This document shows, piece by piece, positions 13,464 to 23,881 of a stretch of DNA of 64,000 nt. Position numbers and translations under genes: made by a program. Positions within the stretch are counted from its first letter, which is position 1. Every line of letters begins with the position of its first letter. The stretch lies in contig CM082597.2 in the NCBI GenBank assembly GCA_040954595.2, positions 9,331,778 to 9,395,777 on the forward strand, written 5' to 3'. Source of the stretch: Balanoglossus misakiensis. Taxonomy: Eukaryota; Animalia; Hemichordata. Under the pieces are notes generated by a model that did no database searches, had not been told where the DNA came from, and saw nothing but the letters and a program-made list of their open reading frames with translations.

Positions 13464-14645
13464 AGGGCTTTCTCACGTGAAATGATTAGGGCGCCCTTTT
13501 CGGGATTATAAAAGTTGGCAAACATTTCTTATCAGCGACTCAAATAGTTTTGCATTCACATGTGTATAAAAGGGACGGGATCACCGCACTCAGTGCGTCC
13601 ACAGCAGAGTGGCTAAAGGTCACAATGGCGGATTCAGTGATGTGTTTACTGTATATGTAGCTCTGGACTTATACCCAAACAGCGTATACCGTAATCTATC
13701 CTTCGGGTTCGACCAGGAAAAAATAATTATTCTTTACAAAAAGATGAAACAATGGGGGTAAAAATGAGTCAAAGTGCCAGAAGGACCCCCTCGGACATTT
13801 ATGCAAATTAGGTTCAAATAGGCTTCATGGTGCGATTGAAAATCAAGGACACATTTCGCCACTTGTCCCATTTGTTGTTCCACATCAAATAAATGGAAGA
13901 TCCGAGAAAATCCACACTTTTCCAGTTTTTGTACAGTCATCCTATAAGTATAAGCGCTTCTACGGTACCGCCTGTGAGTCTTACAGCTTTGAAACCAGTG
14001 CGTAATATACTAGTAGCATGACTCCATGCTAGTAGTAAAAGCATACAGGGATGTGGGAACGCTTTGAGTTGGTCCCTTGGGACAAAGACGTTTTTAATTT
14101 ATTCACGCACAGGGATGTATTTTTAGCCAGACAATGGCAAGACCTAGTTGCCTAGCAATTATCACCATGAACTTTGCTACAAGTTTCACTACCACTTCCA
14201 CTGGGCGTCTCAATTTTTTCAGCAGAGCCCCAGCTGCAGTAAGTTCCGACTACCTCAAGGCTTTGCCTGTAGGTTTTGGGGCTCCTCATTTTACTGATGA
14301 CCATCAGCAACAAGGCAAATTGACCGTTGACTAAGCAAGGTGCTAAACATCGCTCTTTTCAGAGGGGTAATTTTACATGCAAGCTCATTAGAAACTGCCA
14401 CTTGTATCCCCTCAAACCGCGTTGGCAGAGTGCGTTTAGATCGGCGTTTAGTGCGGTGTTTCTGTTCACACGTGATTTGAATCGCTGTTTAGTGCGGCGC
14501 CCCGACCCAGGTCCCACCCCTCAACACCGTCACAAAAAAAGAGCGGCGCAGGGCCGCTCTCACCTTTTCACACGTGGCACTTACAAATTAACGCCGCCCT
14601 AGCACCGCCGCTGGGGCGGCGTTGACGGCACGTGAGAAAGGGGTA
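13464..14645 (+). mobile_element. Composite non-autonomous TIR element (~1.18 kb) carrying a captured Tc1/pogo-MITE fragment
   Basis: Absent at the homologous empty sites (~9641 and ~15113). Ends are AGGGCTTTCTCACGTG and CACGTGAGAAAGGGGTA, flanked by ATCT. Further copies at 57704-58890 and 58903-59879. Internal 13687-14415 is the reverse complement of ~43592-44291. Confidence 0.9.
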
Positions 14646-14782
14646 ATCTAGATATTTTGTAATTGTTATGGAAATCCTCGTCGATGATGAGAGGCAACTT
14701 CGAGGTTACACACTGTCTCCTTTACCATTACATTCGTAATTTTCCATACAGAAAAAACGCTTCAGGAACGCAAGCTTGCGGC

Positions 14783-15010
14783 ATGGAGAATGCCACAGAA
14801 GTCTGCCGTCAGCGACTGTCTAGCATATGCGGACGACCTTGAGAAGGTGAAGGTGTATCTGCGCGGCCAAGGAATACCCTGGGGACCCGTGAACTCACTA
14901 AACTTATCGAGCGAGTTTGCCAACATCCTGCTGAGTCACACCGGTTCAGTCGATGAATGCAAGGAAAGGGTTCTCGCCATCCTCAAAGCAATTCCAAGAT
15001 ACGACGTCAT
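14783..15010 (+). pseudogene. Second defective copy of the PYD-like exon
   Basis: 14-bp deletion (TCGACGAGCTCACA) after AGCATAT; truncated at RYDVI by a ~480-bp local tandem duplication whose second unit starts near 15011. Confidence 0.88.
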
Positions 15011-15249
15011 ATTAGAGCTAGCATTTGTGAAACTGTGCTTCCCGACGATGTAATACTGTTTGTTTTGTTCACACCAGGTAAACATAACAAGCTTACACGA
15101 TGACCACAACATATCTAGATATTTTGTAATTGTTATGGAAATCCTCGTCGATGATGAGAGGCAACTTCGAGGTTACACACTGTCTCCTTTACCATTACAT
15201 TCGTAATTTTCCATACAGAAAAAACGCTTCAGGAACGCAAGCTTGCGGC

Positions 15250-16718
15250 ATGGAGAATGCCACAGAAGTCTGCCGTCAGCGACTGTCTAGCATATTCGAC
15301 GAGCTCACAGCGGACGACCTTGAGAAGGTGAAGGTGTATCTGCGCGGCCAAGGAATACCCTGGGGACCCGTGAACTCACTAAACTTATCGAGCGAGTTTG
15401 CCAACATCCTGCTGAGTCACACCGGTTCAGTCGATGAATGCAAGGAAAGGGTTCTCGCCATCCTCAAAGCAATTCCAAGATACGACGTCATATCCCAAAA
15501 TGACGACTTTTTCGTTTGTTTGAGAGAGGTGAGTGTGCGTCACATTTCAAAACCTTTTGTGCATGTCAAAACAGCCTCATGGGGTGTTTGGGATTTTCTA
15601 AATAAAAAAGTTAAGATAAACAAGAACAGTTGCCAATAATTGCTTTATTCTTTCAGAAAGAGGAAGTCAAGAAACAGAAATGTGGACGAGATCAGTCCGA
15701 GATTCTTGTTGCGAGCCAGAGTAAGTCCAGAGGTAGAGATTCACAACTGAAAGAAATAAACCAACAAGTGGGAGAACTGCAAAAGAAAATTGACGAGTTG
15801 ACATTAACGTGTAACTCATTGAGCAACAAAATGGCGGCGATCCAAGATGGCGACCACAAAATATCAAGTTGTCAAGGCGACACGAGTCTTGATCGACTTG
15901 ATGCAATACAGCACAAACAAATTTTACTCGAGACAATGGTATCGGCGTATAAGGAGATGGTGGACATGCTGAAGAGTCAAATATCTTTTGATTCGAAAAC
16001 TATACATCGCTTAGTGGAGGACGTGCAGAAAGCGAGAGAACGATTTGATACTTTGGAAAGCAAATTTGGAGACCAGGAGAGAAACCTCGCCCGCAATGAT
16101 CAAGTTTTGTCGGAACAGGTGTTCAGGGTAAATTGTTTGGAAACGACTTCATACAACTGTGTTTTAGTTTGGAAAATTACAGATTTTGCAAAAAAGCAAC
16201 GTGATGCTATTTCCGGCAGAATTACGTCATTGTACTCCCCTTGTTTTTATACAAGTAGTCACGGCTACAAAATGTGCGCGCGAATTTTCCTGAACGGTGA
16301 CGGAATGGGCAAAGGCACCCATGTTTCTCTCTTCTTTGTGGTGATGAGGGGTCAATATGACGAGCTCTTGAAGTGGCCGTTCGGCTACAAAGTCAGTATG
16401 ACGTGGGTAGACCAGAGTCATGACCATCAGAGAAACGTCACACATAGTTTTCGACCAAACCCGTCATCGGATTCTTTCCAGAGGCCTATAGCAGATTTGA
16501 ATACCCCTACAGGCATTCCGTTGTTCATGCCATTGTCATGTATCAGCGACCCGCGCCACAGTTATGTCAAAGATGACGTTGCCTTCGTAAAAATCACAGT
16601 AGACACAAACAAATTCAAGAATTCCTTTTTGTTCAGAGTTGTAGATTTTTCTTCGGAACACGTTTCTCCTCCCGAGGAATATATTCTCGTGACAACGAAA
16701 TCTGCTACTCATCAATAG
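15250..16718 (+). CDS. PYRIN/DED-like death fold + coiled coil + TRAF-C (MATH) fusion protein, ~446 aa
   Basis: Exon 15250-15528 (93 codons, donor GAG|GTGAGT) joins exon 15657-16718 (acceptor TTTCAG) in phase 0 with no stops. The N-terminus is a six-helix death-fold pattern. The C-terminus has VLVWKITDF, LYSPCFYTSSHGYKMCARIFLNGDGMG, FRPNPSSDSFQRP and YVKDD. No RING or zinc fingers. Confidence 0.9.
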
Positions 16719-17106
16719 ACGTAAAAAGGATGCATCTTGTGTTAATTATATTAACGCAAGCCAAAAGAGAAACGTACTTTGCTGAGAGCCAGTTTAATTT
16801 ATGCAAGCCAAAATCAAATATAGAATAGAGCGCCATTAGTTTGACCTAAGAATATGAATATACAAATTTAGTGTGGAAATGAAGGAGCAAGCACAATTTT
16901 CATGGCAGGGAAAAAATCTGCCACTTCAAAATAAATTGTACAAAGTGTTATGAAACTTATTAATATCATATCATAATTATCATACCATATCATATATCAT
17001 TATTCGTCACTTGTTTTGCAATACGTAAACTGACCGTCATTTGGAATGGGATGCTTAGGGAGGTACACCCCCGGGAAACTACGTATTCAATGATTCGAGG
17101 AAATAG

Positions 17107-17117
17107 GGGGATTCCCC
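17107..17117. promoter_or_regulatory. Candidate NF-kB (p50-type) site GGGGATTCCCC upstream of the TRAF2-like gene
   Basis: Near-palindromic consensus site between the fusion gene and a probable non-coding first exon (donor near 17533). Confidence 0.5.
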
Positions 17118-18232
17118 TCCACTGTGTATGCTAATACATTTCAACATGTTTACGATATTTTTGTATACACGATACACCCAGCTGAACGTTAGCCACAGAT
17201 TAATTTTATCAACTTTTACGTAAATTTTTCAATCACGAACACTTTAGTAGTACAGCTTAAAACTGAATGGCAATGTTGCATGTGGAATAATATCAACATA
17301 TCCCACATTTCCGCAGATGTTGGCATTCGCTCGTAGCAGTACTCGGGGGGAGTCACGTCTGAGTGGCCGTCCGGGTGCGGCTGGAGTCAACCAGTATGAT
17401 CCAGTTCACGATCGTTATACTAAACAAGACCAGCGGTGTCAGTCATTCGATTGTTTATAGCTGAAACTACAACGAAGTCGAACTGAGTGCATCGGAACAA
17501 ACAACTACTCAAATGTGGAGGACTTTTATTACGGTAACGTTAAATTCAGCTCCCTGTGTTCACCCCAGTTGCAGTTTGGTGTCGCCTTAGGTCGGACTTG
17601 TCCGTATAAATCTGACAGATTGTGGTGTGATCTGCACGTTGTATGATCTGCATTGTCCGCGCTGAATGATCTGCAAACTCTAAAATGCGCAGTACTAACG
17701 TCATGGGCGAATGTCGAATACTACGGGTGAGATTTTTATCCGTAGGGTGCAGGCTGGTAGGTAAACTTCAATATCGCTTGGGAAGTCGCATCGTGTAAGC
17801 AACGGTCGAAATATGGCACAAACAGGTACAGTTCCGTACCTGGATATGACCTCACGCAATAAGTATGTCATGACATCATGCATATGCAAAGGTTTCATGT
17901 GGTTTCACACTGATGCATTGGCTTGCCGAGTTTCGTGACAGCGGTGTCTGTCCTTTTACGCGTTTAACACTGTATAAAGTGTTTTATGCATCGTGTGCGT
18001 AAAAAGCGTATCTTCCTTCTACGACATCCAGCATGGGAATGCAACACCTCCACATTTACCTCACGTTGGGTCAGTAAACGCACTGGCTTTAGTAAAATGG
18101 CACTATGTACTAAGAATGCATGACTTAGGTCAAAAGCGGACGGGAAATCACACGTACATGTATATCAGTTAAAATGTCTAGACCGTGCCCCATTGATTGT
18201 TCGCATTTCTGTGTTCCAGTTTTCCGTTTATC

Positions 18233-20474
18233 ATGTCTGGAATTTCTGGATACTCGAAAGCAATCTTCCGCCAACAGCCTGAATTCAAGTTTCTGTGCAG
18301 TCTCTGTTCAGGCGTATTGAGAGATCCAGTACAAACCGAGTGCGGCCATCGATACTGCCGGAAATGCCTGGAAGACTGTGTAACCAGGTGTGTTGTTTGT
18401 TTGTTTTGTTTCTTCGCGCTTCTGTTTATAAAAATGAACGTGACATGACTGGCCTCACAACACCTGTTGAGGTAAACATCATACACGCTGAGCGTAATTC
18501 TTATTTACTCGTGTGTCGACATCTCTTCAAATTCTGCCAAATCCTAATACTCTCGCAACACTACTACTGCTACGCTTTATCTCCCACTCGTTTTTATCGT
18601 GGACCTAGCGAGGATTCTAAGAATATTCATATTTTAGCAGCAGCCTTTCGATCGTAGTCGTTTTGGCTGTTGCGTCAGTGTTTACCTGGGGGATACTGTT
18701 GGATTGCAAGTCCTTGAAAGATGGCTGCCTGCCAACCGTTATGTCATCATTTATGTTTATGTCAGAGAATAACACTCGAACATGTCTGACGTAATTCACT
18801 GGAACCTTGACCCAAAGACCATCCGAGTGAGGGCTGACAGCGGGTGTGCTAGGACATTATAATGTCAGGTGTTGCAACTCCCTAGCATGGCAAAGGGACT
18901 AAAATGCTGCACAAACGGGCATGCAAACTTGCGATGTGCTCCAACCATGCAGAGTAATACTTTGTCAGAAACATTTTCAGGACCGGTTTGCATGTATGCC
19001 TTGGCTGCTTTCATTCCGCCATGATTTCTCCGTGTTTTCTTGTCTGTTAATCCAGATGGGGACTAGGCCATCAACGATGACTTGGTCTCCAGGTGAAACT
19101 CAAATGCAGGCATGGCCAATTTCCATCTTTGATATGCTGGTAATCACCGGACAGATGTCTGCCACCACCATGTTATGCTGGCCATTGGCTTGAGGAAAGG
19201 TAACGTAGCTATGAATGGGTTGGTGTTTTTAAATAGGGGACTTCATTTCGCCCTAAAAATCCATGAACACATTACGAATTTCCAGGCCCAACTCGTGATT
19301 TCCAAGAACTTTACTTTACGAATCGCATTAGTTATAAAATTTATTAAAATTCTTTCCTTTAATGCACAAGATGCAGTGTTTTGTTTTTGTTTTTTTTTTC
19401 AAATCGTGAACATTTAGGTCTACTGGACATGGGTGACATGTTTATGTGGGATTGAATTATACGTTCCCTATTTACTTTGTTGTTACGTTCTTGTGTCACT
19501 GAGGAGTGTTATTTTATTGGATTAGATAAAATGGGGTCATTCACATTTGTTTATAATTTCTGACGCAATGGTATTAATGTGACGTCGGTGTCATCATTAC
19601 CACGGAGTAGTTGAGAGTTGAGGTGCAGGGCGCATATTTTGATCTTTTCAACTTGAATAACTACGTAGAATTGACGCCTTTCAAATTCCCTCCGTATAAT
19701 AAATGGAAGTGATTGGTTTAAACGAGAGTTTCTCTGTTTTGTTTTGGTGACTCAAGAATGTTAATGTGCACCAACTCACTCACTTATATAGTATGACGAC
19801 CAACCTCAAGGCAATGATATTAAAACATAGCATCGTTTTGATACCACCATTAAAATTTTACTTGCCAGTCCCAAATTTTAATTGCAGAGAAAAGAATAAA
19901 AATCTGCATCAACTGATTTCGTTCTGTGGTAGACTTTGTTATCATCACTTGATTTTGTACATCAAGACGTTTTGCATGAATTCCTTTCTGACGTAAACAC
20001 TACTTTGACCTAAGTTTATGAGGTCGTTATTACATGTATACTCACGCAAGCGTGGCTTGTTTACAAACAATTCTTGTGACGTCATCATGTCTTACCCGTA
20101 AACACAATTGTTTTCCCTTGTCATTGTTGTAAGACACATCATAAATGTCTCCACTAGCACAGTTTATTTTTTGTCCAACTTCACCGAACATTTCAAATTC
20201 TACAATTAGAATCTGTGTTAAAATGAAGCTAATCATGTAAACTCCAAATTCGTACAACATGATTGTTTATACTACGTAACTTTTTTCACACTAAATTTAT
20301 AAATGAAGGTTCATCACTTGATTAGATTTCATGAATGTTTCCGCCATTGCGACTTGATTTGATTTTTTCAGTGTTTTTTTTTCCTTGTTGTATTCATTCT
20401 CATTTCGCCTTTGAGGGCTCTGTTGTATATTACAATTCTACTTTGAAACACAGACTACCCTCTTTAAATAAAGC

Positions 20475-20506
<32 letters not shown>

Positions 20507-20692
20507 AACCTAAGTCATCAGCAGAAGTAGGGGCTTATGGGTTTTAAGAATACGGGTAATTGTCATGTTTATCTTTGTCACAGTGATAACCACGTCACTT
20601 GCGAGGCATGCCGGGACGAGGACAACCACGAGTCAATACTTAGCATTCAGGAGGTAAGCGATGATTATTTGATACTGATGATGATTGTGGTA

Positions 20693-20771
<79 letters not shown>

Positions 20772-23054
20772 CATTAATTGAATAAATGTGAAGTTATAGT
20801 CTACTTCTTTAACTTTGCATACTAACAGCAAACCGTATATTTAAAAAATCAGAGAATACCTTTTAATACGAATTATTTTCATGCATTATTTTTGCAGATT
20901 AACACTGATAGAGCTATACTGCGTGAACTGAACAAGTGTAATGTGGGGTGTCCAAATGATGGCTGTCACTGGAAAGGGTTATACAAACAATACAGCCAGG
21001 TGAGTCTCAATTTTGGACTACTTTTCATATAACTTTTGAAATAAGAAATAACAATACTGTCAAACTGGTTAAAAGCTGCGTTGTGTATCGTCATAAACAA
21101 TACAGGACAGAAGAAAACAAAAACATGTGTAGACACTACTGGTTGGATGAGATGCAAAATATAGTAAACAAATAGTCACTTATTCTATTTAAACTTGAAA
21201 GGAACACGAATCGAGCTGCCCGTTTGCTGTCATCAAATGCATCCATCCAAGATGTAGGGCTCAGATAAGAAGGGAACACTTATCCAGGCATCTGGAGAAA
21301 GAATGTTTAATGAGACCACTCAGATGCCAATATTGCAACACCGAAGTAGCATTTGACGAACTACAGGTAAGCACGGCCATTGTTTTTAGGTGAGTGTGTA
21401 GTTTGCCTGCAGAACATGACGCTAATGACAAACGTGAAAGGGAGATGACGATATACGGACATGGACGTGTTTTTCTTTTCATTGATATTATTTTACAAGT
21501 TCATTCCATTTTTTAACCTTTTATTTCTAAGGTGCTTTGCTCTCAATTTATTTTTTATCTTCTAGAGTCACGTAGAGCAATGTCGCAAGTGGCTGGTTGC
21601 CTGCCAGTATTGTGGTAAGGACATTCTACAACAACAGGTAAAGGAAAATTGAATTTTGTGTGTGACCATCGCAAAAAACGTGTTGACGTGCCATAAACAT
21701 TCGGTTCGCTTACATCGAAATGTGTGTCACGCATATCGCATCACGACTTATGTGTGAGTGTCCGTGACTTTCTAAAATCTGTGTGATTTTAACGCATGTT
21801 GACAGATAACGTATCATCAAGACCTAAGAAATGGAGACTGTGTAAAGAAACCCCGGCCTTGCAGCTTCAAAGAAGTTGGCTGTAACGAAATGGTAAGTTC
21901 AACTCCATGTGTAGTTTGAGTTCCTTGTCACTTGAGAATGTCCTCCCATACCTAGTAACGCGAGATCTCATAGAAAATGGTGAATTGTATACTTATGAAA
22001 TACTGTTCAAAAGAATTAACGTTTAGCTAGCTTTGACTTTGTTCTTTTTATCTCAAAGATTGAAGAAGACAAAATGAAGGGCCATGAGAAAGTCTTTTTG
22101 GGAGAACACATGTTGTTGCTTCTTCACACCTTGACTGGTTTCTTGGCAACAATTCAAACCACGAAAGATGAGAGCGGTGTTCAGAAACTGAAGAGTACAG
22201 TTGACAAGCAGCAGACCAGGATCGACAGCTTGACATCCGGCGTACAGAAGTTGGAGACGATTGCGAAAGACATGGCAGAAGTCGCGAGGGGAAAGTTGGA
22301 AAACGGCATGACAATGGACGGAACGAAAATGACACTTGATAGACTAGGCAAATCCTTCGAAGGCCTGAAGAAAGAGGAAACTGTTCTTCACACCAAGCTC
22401 GCCACGTACGAAGGGATTGTTGCTGTGTTGAACAACCAGGTAGAACAGGATGCGCAAATGGTGCAGGAAATGAAGCGTCAAAGAACTAGAGACAGAGAGC
22501 TTATTGATGCTTTGGAGAGAAAGCTAAAGGCCCAGGACAGAGTTATTGCACTGAAAGACATAGCACTGGCAGAACAGGATTTGCGAATACAGGCCTTAGA
22601 AATGGCTTCCTATGATGGTGTGTTAACGTGGAAAATTGGCAATTTTGGAAGAAAGCGAAATGAAGCGATTTCGGGGAAGTCTACTTCCATATACTCCCCA
22701 TGTTTCTATTCCTCTCGCCATGGTTACAAGAACGGGGATGGTATGGGCAAAGGCAACCACGTCTCTGTTTTCTTTACCATCATGAAGGGACCCTTTGACG
22801 CCCTTTTGAGATGGCCCTTCCGCCAAAAGGTCACCTTGATGTGGTTGGATCAAAACAACAGGGAGCATGTCATTGATGCTTTCCGACCTGATCCAACATC
22901 AAATTCATTTAAGAGACCAGTGCAAGACATGAACATCGCCAGTGGGTGCCCTTTGTTCATGCCATTGTCGCATCTGAACAGTCCCAGACACGCTTATGTC
23001 AAAGATGACGTTGCTTTTCTGAAGGTGATTGTGGATATAAGTGATCTCATTTAA
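18233..23054 (+). CDS. TRAF2: TNF receptor-associated factor, TRAF1/2-like (RING, TRAF zinc fingers, coiled coil, MATH), ~548 aa
   Basis: Exons 18233-18387, 20584-20653, 20898-20999, 21202-21366, 21566-21637, 21806-21892 and 22059-23054, all GT/AG and in frame. C3HC4 RING (CSLC, CGH, CRKC, CEAC) and MATH motifs DAFRPDPTSNSFKRP and MNIASGCPLF. The MATH domain lacks MCARIYL. Exact orthology to TRAF2 is not tested. Confidence 0.93.
20692..20770. repeat. (ATG)n microsatellite
   Basis: Pure ATG run in TRAF intron 2. Confidence 0.97.
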
Positions 23055-23316
23055 ATTGTTTTCCATTAACAGCTAAATATGGAATGATAGCATAACTTGT
23101 GATGCGTACACGAACACTTACTCTAATTGAAATATCTGTAGGGAACCCAATATCACCACATTTTGAATGACATTCCATTATTTATGATTATGTAAGTCAT
23201 CTTGTATAGACATGTAGTTTTGGGAGGAAACTTTAACAGTTTTAAAGCAGTTTCATTAACTGTGTTTCATTAAAGGTTTAATACATTGTATCCATATCAC
23301 ATGATTTGTAAATCTG

Positions 23317-23470
23317 GTGGTAAGCCGGTGAGGTCCAACACCACACCTCGAGCCCTATCATGCATGGCAAATGGACTGCAGGTTTTCAGAGTATTTTCCA
23401 ATTTGGCTGAAAGGTTTATCTCTGTTTTTTCCTGACCCGCTAGATAGGGTGCTGACAGGATTTTTACCAC
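23317..23470. mobile_element. Short MITE-like repeat
   Basis: Ends GTGGTAA and TTACCAC, with partial internal inverted similarity (AACACC / GGTGCT). Confidence 0.35.
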
Positions 23471-23687
23471 ACAGACAAAGTCATGGTTTATCTCTTACAA
23501 TAGTTACTATGTTCAGTGTGAGGTTCACATCTCTGTACGAGTTATCACAGTTCGCTTTCTAGTTGCAAATAAACAAGGCCGACTGCTCTATGGTCTGGCT
23601 GTCATCATCATATTTTGGTCTACTGTGTGTAGTGTTAGTATGCAACAATGTGTGAGAGAGGGCTACTGCATGGCAGTGGAGTCAAAC

Positions 23688-23881
23688 CTGGGGTTTCTCT
23701 GCTCGTACACTACCCATTATAATCAGCGCATGATAAAATGCGCCCTCTTTCGGTAAACTCTTCCTACCGCCGACATGCCTTACAAGGTAGAAGGTCGGGC
23801 GGTAGGAAGAGTTCACCAAAAGAGGGCGCATTTTATCATGCATATAATTATACCGTGCCAGTACGAGCAGAGAAGCCTCAG
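23688..23881. repeat. ~190-bp long inverted repeat (hairpin)
   Basis: Outer arms CTGGGGTTTCTCTGCTCGTAC and GTACGAGCAGAGAAGCCTCAG. Inner arms GCATGATAAAATGCGCCCTCTTTCGGTAAACTCTTCCTACCGCC and GGCGGTAGGAAGAGTTCACCAAAAGAGGGCGCATTTTATCATGC. Confidence 0.9.

Larger units (their letters stand above)
9933..14925 (+). repeat. Copy 2 of the tandem duplication, interrupted by a TIR element at 13464-14645
   Basis: Near-identical to copy 1 up to 13463, then resumes at 14646 (ATCTAGATATTTTG). Confidence 0.93.

Noticed and set aside
14134-14602. 66-aa and 91-aa ORFs repeated at 58.4 and 59.4 kb
   Set aside because: Their identity reflects recent transposon copies; no recognisable domain.
18640-19210. GC-richer, coding-looking patch in TRAF intron 1
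   Set aside because: No sustained frame or recognisable motif on either strand; possibly an old transposon remnant, but not supportable.
20537-20831. Poly-Met and poly-Ser ORFs
   Set aside because: An (ATG)n microsatellite in an intron; only 20584-20653 is exon.
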